NCBI GenBank assembly: GCA_951406725.2
Contig: OX597831.1
Location: 6,820,001 to 6,884,000 of the forward strand
DNA: 64,000 bases
From: Octopus vulgaris
Lineage: Eukaryota
Direction: 5' to 3'
Position 1 is the stretch's first letter, and every line of letters starts with the position of its first letter. Positions 14,727 to 27,331 of the stretch are shown here, piece by piece. The translations under genes were made by a program, and so were the position numbers. The notes under the pieces were generated by a model, which saw nothing but the letters and a program-made list of their open reading frames with translations, searched no databases and was not told the origin of the DNA.

Positions 14727-14944
14727 CCCTTTAGTGTTTAAACCGGGTATATCCGGCCCAAATATTCTACTCATTTTATGCTCAAACTGGCCGGAACCAG
14801 TATCTCACACCTACCCTGCAATGTCATTCTAAAAATAAACAATTACACATTTCAAATCTTGAAGCTACAAGATAATACCAGATTAATTTTTTTAAATGTA
14901 AATGAATAACGATTACTTCTGACATTAATTTGAACACTAACGGG
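14727..14944. mobile_element. piggyBac-type MITE, family B (218 bp)
   Basis: TTAA at 14723-26 and 14945-48. TIRs CCCTTTAGTGTTTAAA / TTTGAACACTAACGGG. Confidence 0.85.
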
Positions 14945-15274
14945 TTAAAGAGTTCTAGAATCCTTAACATTTGGATAAATATCAATTGCAATGTTTATTA
15001 GAGAGAGAGAGAGAGAGTGAGAGAGGGAGTGAGACAGTCAAATGAAATTTCTTTGTTCAAATATGGTAAAATGTAAGTTTAAAATTTTATAGTAAGTAAA
15101 TCATGAAAAACTTCTTTTCTTCCATGATAATTTTCTCAGCTGTGCTTTGTGATTAATGGACACTGGTTAATCTCATACAGGAATCTGAGTTTAATCCAAA
15201 GAAAACTCAAGAGAATAGTGAGATTTTTTAATGACTAGCATGAAAAATAGAAGATGTAGGCTTAGAAACTTTCA

Positions 15275-15600
15275 AAGAGCTTATCCTCATTTTGGGCCAT
15301 GAATGTGGGAAAATGACAAAGAATACAAGTGACCAAAATGGGGTTCCCCTGGAGTAACCCTACATGACAGGGTGAACTGCTCAGAAATCAGGGAGACTGT
15401 GTGGAACCATTACTTCTCTGCATTGAGACATGATTAGAATGTCAGAGGAAAGAAATGCAAGGTGAATTCTTCATGCCAAGTCAACAGGCAGAGGAGATCT
15501 TGGGAGTAGACCAAGAACAAAATGGGTGGAATAATAGCCATAGTCTCAGTTGGTCCAAGTTGGGAATCCAGCTGGAAAATCTAATGCTATGACTTCATGA
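15275..15600 (+). mobile_element. Degenerate RTE-clade LINE 3' ORF remnant
   Basis: Frame-jumping translation resembles the RTE C-terminus: ILILGHECGKMT..., GVTLHDRVNCSEIRE..., VEPLLLCIE..., MIRMSEERNAR*ILHAKSTGR..., SRPRTKWVD. Confidence 0.6.
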
Positions 15601-15730
15601 AGGAGGTACCTGAGGGCTCTACTCCAACAACCTTCCCAAGAATAATTATTGAAGATGGATGGATGGACAGATGGAGATATACAGGGTGGTAAAACAGTCA
15701 TGCACCAGTAAAATACCAATCCCATAACAT

Positions 15731-15990
15731 CATCATCGTTTAACATCTGTTTTCCATGGGTTGGAAGGTTCGATTGGGGTCTGGGAAGCCAGGAGGCTGT
15801 ACCAAGCTCCAGTCTGATCTGGCAGTGTTTCTACAGCTGGATGCCCTTCCTAATACCAACCACTCCGTGAGTGTAGTGGGTGCTTTTTACGTGCCAGGTG
15901 GGCTGGTAACAGCCACTATCAGTTGGTGCTTTTTACGTGCCAGGAGAGGCTGGCAACGGCCACGATTGGTTGGTGCTTTTTACGTGCCAC
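15731..15990 (-). mobile_element. Young SINE-like family, copy 5
   Basis: Same consensus as 3068. Confidence 0.85.
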
Positions 15991-17661
15991 CGTTTCTAAG
16001 TAAATGTGATAAAAATACACAGGTTGGTGACCAGAGAGTTTAAACCTGAATCAAGCTCTTATGAAACAGAATGGTCTTGGAAAATAGAAATTCCAACAGT
16101 TGGTAAAATGAATTAATTTTAGAAACATAATTAAAAAAATAAATAAATAAATTGAAGACATGGAGAAAACTCAGAAACCAACATTTTTGTGCTAGAAGAA
16201 CAAAACGAAACAATAAGACAAAGTTGTTTGGTCTTAAAACTGAAGTTTCATCTAAGTATACAAATAAACAAGTATAACAAATATTATGAAATGACAAGTT
16301 GTTTCAAGTGTTGATAAAAGGTACAAACAATAGTATTCCTGTATTGGTATTGATTACATTGTAGCAAATATGCCTGTACACGACAATGTAAGATTGAAAT
16401 GCTTGAGCGGATGTGTTATTAAAGAAGGCATATCGTCTACTTAACTTCATAGCACAAGAGTGAATCAGAGGCTCTTACAAAGCTGCTGTGCTTTAGGATA
16501 CATTCACATACAATCTGTGCAGACAAACAGTGTCAACTTGCACATAAATATTCATATTCATAGTTAAGATATATGAGTGAACAGCACAAAGGAAGAATGT
16601 TGCATCCCCAATCCAGATGCTTTAAATTTTCATCCAGTTGATGCAAGTGTGGCTGTGTAGTTGAGAAACTTACTTCCCAACCATGTGGTTTCTGGTTCAG
16701 TTCCACTGTGCAGCACCTAAGGGAAGTATCTTCTACTACTATAGCCCCAGGCCAACCAAAGCCTTGTGAGTGGCTATGGTAGGTGAAAACTGAAGGAAGC
16801 CTGTTTGTGTGTACTTCATTTAGACATTATGGCTTGCTTGGAAAGAGTTGAGGGTTGGCAACATGGACAGTATCTCATCATAGAAATCTGCTTCAACAAA
16901 TTCTGTCCAAGTCATGCAAGCATGGAAAACTGGATGTCAAATGATGGTAATTCCTCAATTTACTCAGCAGTAAAATAAAGGAACATTAAAAGGCTTCTCT
17001 CAAATATCCAATCTTGTAAATGTGTAGAACTCAGAGATTTTTTCCCCCATGCTGCTCTGTCTAAAGCAGTGTAAATGCTTAGAATAATTGCTATGCTTCC
17101 CATGAAAGTAAAGTTGACTGAATCAATAAGAAACTCGACAACCAGCCAGCAAGTTCAGTTGTTTGTCCCCTATCATCAGATTTGAATTCTGTCTCCAATA
17201 CCAAACACGCTTAACTATCCAACAGTCAAATCTATGAGCTGTATCTAATTACTATACAGTCTACTAACTATAACTAATTACTGTACAATACCGAACAACT
17301 CACTGTTGAAAATTGTAACACTGCCAGAAAATCAATGACTGTTTTGTTGGTTCAACTCTTATTGTTGCTACAACTAGAAAGAGAAGGGCTTAACTTTAAC
17401 AAGGATTTTGACATAGAAAGTGAAGTCTTCCATCAGCATACTATGCCTCAATGGTACCATCATTATCATCATTTAACATTCCTTTCCCATTCTAAGTCTA
17501 TGGTAAAACAGTAAATGTAATCAATAAAGCAAAACCAAGAGAAAAATTTTCCAGTTAAAATTCACTAAACAACAAAGCTTTGTAGGATAAAACACTAAAA
17601 TGATTTCAAAATAAAATACATTCAAATAATAAAATGCTAAAATAAAACAAAAATTCCTTAC

Positions 17662-17816
17662 TATTTAGCTGAATCTGTGAGTTGGTATTCTCTTCGTCTA
17701 TCGTAACACTCCTGCATTCCTTCATCTGTCCAGAGAGACTTTATTGCATCAACATGTGACTGGTCAAAAGTATCAGCTGAATCGGCATCTATAGAATTTA
17801 TGAATTCAGCATTTTC
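17662..17816 (-). CDS. GNAQ: G-protein alpha-q subunit, coding exon 3 (155 bp; helical domain)
   Basis: ttttccag|GAA AAT GCT... translates to [51 protein letters not shown](Y)|gtaagg. [16 protein letters not shown] is a Gq signature, and the exon is in frame with exons 2 and 4. Confidence 0.97.
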
Positions 17817-19276
17817 CTGGAAAAGTAATGAAATATCTTAGAATCCAAGAAAGCAAAATATACTATCTGAAACAATGAAACAACAACAACAACAACAAAA
17901 AAAGTCTTTGATGATACCAAAACTTCTTTACAAGAAATGTCTTTAAAATATGAAGCTGAAAAATTATTTTAGAAAGTATAATTAGGAAAACCGAGTTCCT
18001 AACACTTAGGGCAAAGAAAAAGGAAATTTCCAAATTCCAAAAATTCTATGAATTTTTAAAATCTTGGGAGTAGATTAAAGAGTAATAAAAGTATTGTTTA
18101 ATATGTGTTGCATCTATAATCCATTCCTATTTTAAGTAATTATGTAATTAGTATAGGAAATAAAGTGATTGACAATTACATGTGTGTTTACAGTAATTAA
18201 TTCTGAAATAATCTTATATCCAAAGATTATTTGCAGAAAACGGCAAAGTGAAAGTATCACTAAGCAAGGAGTGTGGGGATTTTCACAGGAGATAAAAATC
18301 GATTTGACACAGGTAGTGATAAATATATTTGAATAGCATAAAACAAATACAATCTTGATATAAAGAAAAGATATCTGGTTTGTAAACTTTGTCCAAACAG
18401 TGGGCTGAAAGCAAGATGACTATGAAACAGCAGTGTATCAACTGTATCAGTAAATTATAATGATTTATGTGACATCAATCATGAAACTGCTTGATAGCTA
18501 GCTCAATGATCACAAACTATAGTCTCTTTCTGGTAGCAAGATTTTATATCAGCTCTTAAGGACATAGAGGAAAATATAACATCGAGAAACCTGTTCAATC
18601 ATGCTAATAAGGACAAATTTCTTTTAAACCCATGTCAATGTGCAGAATATTTAATAAAACAACATTATAGTAATAGCTAATGTAAATAAAACAATGTCAG
18701 ATAACTTGGAGAATATCAGATTTTAAAAAAGCACAAAAAAAAAAAATCAGAAATATTGTAAAGAAAAGAATCAGTTTCATTGTGGAATGTCAGAATTGGA
18801 AGAGAACTAGAAGAACAAAAAATGTCCTGTGACATTTGTTCTGGCTCTTTATATTCTCAGTTAAACTTTGCCTTTCATCTTTTCCCCCATTTAATGTAAT
18901 CAACAACACCACACTGATCCCCACCCTCATTACTGGTCTTGTGTCAAAATTAGAAACAAACAAAATCACATCTGAAGCCGTTAGTGAATACTTTCAAAGC
19001 TACTTTTGAGCAGAACGTTTTTGAAATTCAAAATTTCATGTTGAAACTATTGTCGGTGCCAGTTTAGATGATTAAACAACAGCAAGGAATGCTTTACAAT
19101 TTGTATGATTAAAAGTAGTCAAGTAGGAATGGACAGTATTCTTTAACCCTTTTGATACTAAACTTCTTGAAACTGTCTCTGATTTGAATGATACAAACTC
19201 CCGGTTTTAAAATTATCATGGATTAAAATCTGCCAAAAGAATTTCATACTAATTTGTGTTCCAAATATTAGTTTAT

Positions 19277-19496
19277 CCCTTTTGTTACCAACCCGGCTGA
19301 AACTGGCTCTGGCTCTTTAGTACAAATGTCTTGTTTTCATAAGTTTTGAATTCAAATCTTCCACCAAACCTTAGTCACAATTTATGTTCCTAACACTAGG
19401 TGAATGATAGCTAAGTTATTTTACTAATTCTTTGTTATATTTAAAATAATTGAAAGAAACACAGAACATCTCAAAATGAATACAGTAACGAAAGGG
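19277..19496. mobile_element. piggyBac-type MITE family A, opposite orientation, nested in an older relative (19147-~19595)
   Basis: CCCTTTTGTTAC...GTAACGAAAGGG with TTAT/TTAA flanks. It matches the reverse complement of 5341-5560. The flanks begin ttaaccctttt and resume after 19500 with aagttattttcctaaattc. Confidence 0.85.
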
Positions 19497-19992
19497 TTAA
19501 TAACGACAAAGTTATTTTCCTAAATTCCTTATCTATTTTCAAAATTAATTGAAACAAAGACTAAGAATTTCAACAAAAATACAGCGATAAAAAGATACAA
19601 AACAACAATATACCTCAATTACAAATGATTTAATAAGTTGAAAAGACATTTATGAAATAAAATTACTTTCCAGAAACCGTCCAATTGTTGCTGATATGAG
19701 AAAATGGTTTGCTGAATGAAGGTAAAAGAAACTCATTTACCAAGATAACGGGTAAAATTTATTGAAAAAAAATCAAAATATTGAGAATAGTTGCGAATGA
19801 TTTTGAAAAGAGCATAGTTAAGGGTAGTGCTAATATTTGTATAACAGAGTCCTGTTTAGACAAAATACTGTCCATTTAGTGACCAATAATAATTTCTTCT
19901 GATGTAACAATGAAACCAAAATTTACTGCAGAAACACATTTAGGGTTGAGAGTAATTGCTTTACATCCCTTCCCACCTGCCTCCTCCTCTTT

Positions 19993-20139
19993 CATCATCA
20001 TTATCATCATCGTTTAACGTCCGTTTTCCATGCTAGCATGGGTTGGACGGTTCGACCGGGGTCTGGGAAGCCAGAAGGCTGCACCAGGCCCCAGACTGAT
20101 CTGGCAGTGTTTCTACAGCTGGATGCCCTTCCCAACGCC
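19993..20139 (-). mobile_element. Young SINE-like family, copy 6 (5'-truncated)
   Basis: Same consensus as 3068, ending at ggatgcccttcccaacgcc. Confidence 0.85.
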
Positions 20140-21629
20140 TCTTTATTAACAATATATTAAACTTTACGCTCATCTAATCTTTAATGTGTCGAGGTGTTGG
20201 GCAAATTTAAGTTTAAACCATTTTAATTTGTATTAAACATGGCAATTTGTTTATCCTTTTGTTTGTTTGTTCTTTTTTAATCCACACAGCTACCCCTGCT
20301 TCCTGTGAGAAACACTGATCTTATGCAACAAGACTGATTTATTGATTCTACAAAAATTTTTGTTCTTAAAAAAGGAAGTCAATGGTCTAAATAGCAGTCA
20401 ATTTATATATCACTTCTTGAAGTTTGTTAATAGGTTTAGTAAAAAAAAAAGAAACTATGGAAAGTTTAATCCCAAATAATAGATATTATCAGGCAAAAAT
20501 AGGGAATTTAATTCCAAAGCAATGATTACTAGATGCCGTATCAACTAACTAAAACCTGCCAGGAACAGATTAGAAGTAACACGAACAGAGAATGTAACTG
20601 GTTTATAACATAGAAATATAATAAAGAACCTTTGGAGGAAAAAAAAAAAACCTTTAGCAATCCATTTTTTTTTGATAGTGGAGAGTGTTAACGCTTCATT
20701 AAATTTCAATATTTCTAAAATGAAACAATTTCACCTCCACATATAAAACTGGTCAAGAGAGAAAGAGAAAAATTCGTGGAAAAGGAGTGGAATTTATTAA
20801 CGTTTGTCATTCATAACTTTTGTATTCAGAGATGCTCTGGTTTGATTAATAATTCTAGTGGCGCTGGGAGAATGAAAACACTGTTGGACTATTGTCAACT
20901 AGAGTGCAAACAAGCACATAATTCTAGTATATATTGAACTCACTCATGCATGCGTTCTGTGTGCATGTATTTACACTATATAATGAGGCAGGGAGGCAGG
21001 TAGAGAGAGAGAGAGAATATGAGGGAGGGAGAGAAGAAAAAATACAAAAGTGGATATGAAGGGGAAAGAAGGGTGGGAGTTACAACAGTTTGTAAATATT
21101 TGGCATTACCACAATACAATGTTAGCTGTTGCTTTAAAATGAATGTTGTAACAACAGAGAAACAATGGAACCGGAGGAGGAGAAAGAAGGGTAAGTGAGG
21201 TTAATTTTACGGTCAACAATTAGATTTCTTTCTGCATATTTAAAGAAATAATTGACTGCCACGATTGTTCTACAGTTAGAGACTAATTATTTAAGAATAA
21301 CATTTCAATCTAATACATCAAATAATTCTCTAAGTAAATTCCACCAAAGATGGTTTCTTTGCTCATCATAGCTGTAAATCCTTTACGTTTGCACTTCATA
21401 ACCACAGAGTCCCAACTACATGGAATCTTGGGCAAGTTTTTTTTCTATTATGGCCCTGAATTGACTAAAGGCATATGAATGAAATTTGGTAGGTGGCAGC
21501 CTGTAGAAGAGGCCAACAGTGTAGATGGTCTAATGGACATCCAGATGAGTTTGACAGTTTGTGTACAACATTTCATCTATAAAATAGCAACCCACTGAGT
21601 CCATAAACGAAAACTAATTTCAACTGTTC

Positions 21630-21841
21630 CATATATCTAGAACTGCATTATCCAATATCTTTTTTAAGATAGCGTATAATATGAGGGAGATTTAGGTGAT
21701 ATTTTCAGCAGGTTGAGCAACAACATAGAATCTCTTGGGCAAGTAAGTTACAAGAGTGTACAAAAGGAGAATTAAAAGAAAATCCTAATACAGTTAATTA
21801 TTGTTTATTAAACATCAACATAGTTGTGTTCTGAGTTTCAA
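21630..21841 (+). repeat. 212-bp near-identical direct duplication (partner 26580-26791)
   Basis: catatatctagaactgcatt...tagttgtgttctgagtttcaa is present twice at an offset of 4950 bp. I see three substitutions and no indels. Confidence 0.92.
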
Positions 21842-24800
21842 ACCAGTTCTCTAAAGTGTTGAGAATGCCTTGTGGATGTGGATATTCCACAAGGCCACTT
21901 AAAGTCAGATTTCACCCGGCAATTCCACCCATTCATTTATGTAACTAAAAATTCATTCGGAGCAAATAATGAAAAATGCTGTTGAGTTATTGTGAGCTGG
22001 TATTTTGGGAGACACTATAATATTTATGTTAAATACTAGAATTCAAAAAGCATGTTCAAATGCGTTACTAATGTACTTGAAATCAAGGCAAAGATCAAAA
22101 CCTAATTACAAGAAAGCTCATTCAGATGAATGATGGCATCTTTCGCTCAGTTTCTCTTTTTCTTTCCATCTATCACCATTGTTGTAATATTTGCCTTTTT
22201 CACATTGCCTTGACATACAACAATCTTTTGTCAATCTTGTCTCACTTCATTTGTGAAACAACATTCTTCTGTCACAACATCACATCCTCCAGAAGTTCCT
22301 TTCCTTTCTGTATGGGTTTCTTCTGCAACACACACACACTCACATCTCCTACATATAACACTGGAGACCTTCAATGTTCAGTAGGTTTCATAGGTGGCAT
22401 CAACTACATAATACTGCATTCCTTACAAATTCTTTACATATTGAGCAAGGCCTCTTCCCAGATGTTACCAGGATCTTTTTGCTCTGTTGCTAACTAGAAC
22501 TTTGGTATGAATTTTAAAGCATACTATTTATTGTAGCCCAAGAGTCTGCAATAAGAACCAGACTCCATCAGCAAATACAAATTTGTAAGGTCATGCAGTC
22601 TTCCACTCCAGATGCTATAACTTCAAGACAATACAAACAAATACCTACTTGTGCACTAAATTCTTTCACTGCAATCATTGGTTTAGACAACAAGGGTGAC
22701 TAGGTGGTCATGCAGACTTGACTTGAAAAGCAAGGATATATAACTAATACAATCTGAGATACAATATGCTTGACTAAAAGACAGGGTGGTCATGACTGGA
22801 AGATCATTACAGGTTCCCCTAGAGAATACATAGAGCTAAATAGAATCTGGAAAAGCTATAGTTGTTCTTTGTATCAAACTTTTATCCATGTCAATGAAGG
22901 TAAAGTTATATGTTCTTAAGAATTTCTTATAAATATGGTATTTATAGTTCCATCTCCTGCTTCAGATCTAAATGTCATTTTGCCCATTTTGATTTGCATC
23001 AATTTTGCTATGTTTAGTAATTCTACCCATTTATTTGAGATTTCTGGAAGCAATTCATAATGACACATCCTTGCATACAATGTGAGAATCTGAATGTAAC
23101 TTAACCCACTAGAAACAGCAACCAAATTTACCAAACCATATCCTAGCATCTTAAAAAGTAGCCCAGACCACACTTTGTCTGGAGACAAGATAGTCATGGG
23201 TGGAAAGCTTTTGATTTTAGCCCTGTTCAATCAAGGCAGGCCTGGAGCTAAACAAGAACTTGATTAACTAAAGTAACAACTAATATCAACAGAACCGGAT
23301 GCTTTTAGCATTTTAACAACTCTACCTGAGTGGGCCACACTTCTTCTTTATTTTAGATTTCAATTTTCCTATATTAACCTCTTCAGTTATCCTTTTGTCT
23401 AGTTCAACAAACAGACTCGGTATCCTCTTCATATTTCTTGTTCAACAACATCTTAGTGACACTTCATGCATCACACTTTCCACTGCTACTACGAGAAAAT
23501 GTGTTGGTGTTGTCATGAAAATGAATTTTACCGATGACCACATTCTGATTGCTCTGAAAGTACCATCTGGTGTTTTAGAAGAGTTCCTAACTCTCCTCAT
23601 ACATAAAAATGAACTGCCTAATCTCTTGGCTAAGTAAAGCTAAAATTTTGTCTCTTGCCAACAAAAATCCATTATCCTTTCATCAAATTGTACTTGTTAG
23701 TAATAAGAGCTAAAAACTTAAATGTAAACAGATTTTCCTTCCATAATCAGAAACTTCTATAAATAATGAAGCATGTAATACCATATGATTTTATATACAT
23801 AACATGACATATTAAACCATTTGAAAAAAAATTAAGTGTTTAATATACTGAGATATTTAAATTTGTTTTCTTTTTCCTCCAAGCCTGACCATATAGATTA
23901 AGCTCGAACCAATAGAATATAAAGTAGCAAGTAAGTGTTATGTGAGTAGGGAATGTACTAACAAAAATGTGGTAGACTAAATGTCTTAAGTATTAAGTTT
24001 CATCTCCGAGTTCAATATCAAATACCAATAGGACTGGCTTGCCTTTCATTGCTCCTATCAGTAAAATAAACAAGTCATATACTGAGATCAATTCAACTAA
24101 ACAAATCTATGGCCTTGCACCACTTTTAATAGCAATGAGTTTGAAGAACTGAAAAATTAAAACATTCTCCAAGTTTCTAGTTCAAATCCCACCGGAAGAA
24201 ACTGCTTTTCATCTGACTTGAGTTCATCAAATTAATTTTATCAAGTATACACATCTATAAAATCTAGCCTTGTACTTAGTCAAACAAAACTAAATGAAGC
24301 CCAACGTTGCTGTCTTTCTTTTATGCCACATTTTAGGCAACAATGTGAACTCACCTTTCAATGTAGTTAGTCTCACAGGCCAGAATTTTTGTTTTTCCAG
24401 AATGCGAAGACAAAAAACATTCTAGCGTAACTTCTTAAGAGAAAGGAAACCAAATTAAATAAATGTAATGGATTCAATCTAGGCAAATAACTTCTTAAGT
24501 TTAATAGAAAGTAGAGAATAGAGGAGACAAAGTAATCTAGCTGTAAAATGTATTCTCTGAAAATTGAAACAATTGCTCATAACAGTAGATATAACAACGT
24601 CAGAGAGAAAATTCTTCTGAAAGACTCAAACTAAATTTTCTTAAAAACAAAACTGTAATTTATAATACAAAACACAAGAAGGTGCAAAGAAACTTCAAGT
24701 AAGGTATAAAAAAAAATGTCTATGGTTTACGTGGAACTGCATTAACCAGAGAGAGAAAGTCATGTTATTTAGGTGGGACTTGGCAAAAGAGACCGATAGA

Positions 24801-25122
24801 ATAAGTACTAGGCTTACAAAGAATAAGCCCTGGGGTCGATTTGCTTGACTAAAGGTGGTGCTCCAGCATGGCCACAGTCAAATGACTGAAACAAGTAAAA
24901 GAGTAAAGTGTAAAGAGTATACCAGAGAGAGAAATTCATTATTTGTTAAAAAGCGTGTGTCTATACTTAGATTTTGTTTAAGCTCTGAGGAATGTAAGAT
25001 AAAGACACTGATCCCAAGACCAAAACCATCTTGTGCCATATTACAATTTATTCCCAGACTCTTATATTAAAGATTTAAAGAGTTCAATGTATTGATCATG
25101 TGTAATTAAAATGAAATATATA

Positions 25123-25272
25123 AACCCTTTCAATACCAACCCACCTAAGACCACCACTCCTGGTTTCAAGATATCAGCTTTTAGTTTCTTAAAACAATCT
25201 AAATTAAAACCTTCATGTTAGTTTATGTTCTGAACACCAGCTTAACGATGACTGATTTTACTAAATTCTTCA
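25123..25272. mobile_element. Partial, degenerate MITE family A copy
   Basis: taaaccctttt..accaaccc...tttatgttctgaacaccagcttaa..attttactaaattctt aligns with 19277-19430. Confidence 0.6.
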
Positions 25273-25958
25273 TCCCTGCTGCTGTGTTGTCAACACCTCA
25301 CTTATCTGCTATCACCCTCAACGCTCTTGCAAATCTACTGCAAACCCCTGCCCCTGAGCCACCTCTATATTTCATACTGTCGTTTTCCAGTCACCATTTC
25401 TTTCTCATTATCGCTCTCTTTATTTTACTGACTCACCTGCTCACTTTATCTTACACTCTAACCTACCCTCCCTTCTTTTCCAATTGGGGTATCCATGGAC
25501 CTGCTCTACAGCAAGACACCCATTCCTGTCCCACTATATGTTGTCTCTCATCAATTGGCACAAAGTCCATCCCCTTCAATACTACTCCCCCACTCCCAGT
25601 TGAGGGATTTTGTCTTGCATGTTACTTGATGACCCTGTTAATGCTGGTGCCATGTAAAAAGCACCCAGTACAATCTGTAAAGTGGTTAGCATCAGGAAGA
25701 GCATCCAACCATAGAAACCATGCCAAATCAGATGACCGAAGCCTTGTGTGGCTCTTGGCCTTACCAGCACCCGTCAAACTGGCCAACCAATGATGCCAGC
25801 ATGGAAAACATGTTAAATGATGATGATGATGATGAAAGGCAATTTAATTTGGCAGAAATTTGATAATAAAAGACTTAAGACAATATATTCATATATGCTG
25901 TTATCCAGTGTTGAACCATTGAACACAATGCTCAATCAAAGTGAGTAGACTTTGCTAT

Positions 25959-26234
25959 CATCATCATCATCATCAACATCGTTTAACGCCCATTTTCCGT
26001 GCTAGCACAGGTTGGACGGTTCAACCGGGGGTCTGGGAAGCCAGAAGGCTGCACCAGGCTCCAGTCTGATCTGGCAGAGTTTCTACAGCTGGATGCCCTT
26101 CCTAACGCCAACCACTCCATGAGTGTAGTGGGTGCTATTTTACGTGCCACCGGCACAGGTGAGGCTGGCAGCAGCCACAATCGGTTGGTGCTTTTTATGT
26201 GCCACCGGCACAGAAGCCAGTCAAGGCGGCGCCA
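25959..26234 (-). mobile_element. Young SINE-like family, copy 7, facing an older opposite-strand relative at ~25640-25835
   Basis: Same consensus as 3068. Confidence 0.85.
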
Positions 26235-26814
26235 CACATATATTCAGTGCACAGTACAAATGTGTCAGCAGGTTAAAAGTGTTGACGACAACTTGTGTTG
26301 CTAGTTTGAATCTCAACCGAACTATATAGATAACCAGTAATAAGACACCTCAAGACAAACCAACTGAAACAGAATAGACAGAAATATTTCAAATTGTTTC
26401 ATCCGTAAAAACTTTTGATCATTATACACACATATCTAGATAAAAGTATATATATACTGTAGTTGTTAAGATATAAATCATATGGCAATTGGGACTTCTT
26501 GTTAAACTAAATTAATTTTTAGTAGTTGAGCCCTAGATAAATTTAAATTCAGCAGACCTATAATTAAATGTGCTATTTTCATATATCTAGAACTGCATTG
26601 TCCAATATCTTTTTTAAGATAGCGTATAATATGAGGGAGATTTAGGTGATATTTTTAGCAGGTTGAGCAACAACATAGAATCTCTTGGGCAAGTAAGTTA
26701 CAAGAGTATACAAAAGGAGAATTAAAAGAAAATCCTAATACAGTTAATTATTGTTTATTAAACATCAACATAGTTGTGTTCTGAGTTTCAAGAATATAGT
26801 TGAGGTTTACTTAC

Positions 26815-26999
26815 ATTATTGCCAGAAGTCTTATATTCTAGAGACAATGTTTCCATTGCAGCTATAAGAGTCTGTATGGCTGAAAAAATATTTTGGTAAA
26901 CAATTTTCTCAAAGCCTTTTCTGTCTTCTTCAGAGTACCCAGCACCATGGATAATTCTCATCTGCTTGATAAATGTACTCTTTCCAGACTCACCAGTCC
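26815..26999 (-). CDS. GNAQ: G-protein alpha-q subunit, coding exon 2 (185 bp; P-loop)
   Basis: Minus strand reads tttaag|GG ACT GGT GAG TCT GGA AAG AGT..., giving (G)[61 protein letters not shown]|gtaagt. It has the G1 motif GTGESGKS, a phase-1 acceptor, a phase-0 donor and the GNAQ exon 2 length. Confidence 0.97.
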
Positions 27000-27063
27000 C
27001 TTAAAGAAGAGGAGAAGAAAAAATCCATTATTGCAAAGAATTTTAAACAGATTCAAAGTCAAT

Positions 27064-27098
<35 letters not shown>

Positions 27099-27163
27099 AG
27101 AGTAAACACATAAATGTGAAACAAGGTGGAAAAAAAGAGTACTCAAATACCAGTGGTAGAGTA

Positions 27164-27331
27164 ATATGCTTTATTTAAAGCAGCAGAAAATTCAACAAAA
27201 CCTGTTACTCTGAGTTTCCCGTTGCCGTTCGTCGGACAGTTTTTTCAAGCAAAAACTGTCCGACGAACGGCAACAGGAAACTCAGAGTAACAGGTTTTGT
27301 TGAATTTTCGGCTGCTTTAAATAAAGTATAT
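27164..27331. repeat. Near-perfect palindrome (~80-bp arms, ~6-nt loop) from a Penelope-like element end; each strand carries a minimal hammerhead motif
   Basis: Left arm atatgctttatttaaagcagcagaaaattcaacaaaacctgttactctgagtttcccgttgccgttcgtcggacagttttt pairs with right arm aaaaactgtccgacgaacggcaacaggaaactcagagtaacaggttttgttgaattttcggctgctttaaataaagtatat, with about 3 mismatches. It is flanked by (TA)n. Confidence 0.9.

Noticed and set aside
21630-26791. LTR retrotransposon bounded by the 212-bp direct repeats
   Set aside because: There are no TG...CA termini, primer-binding site, polypurine tract or gag/pol remnants. The interior is ordinary intron with old SINEs.
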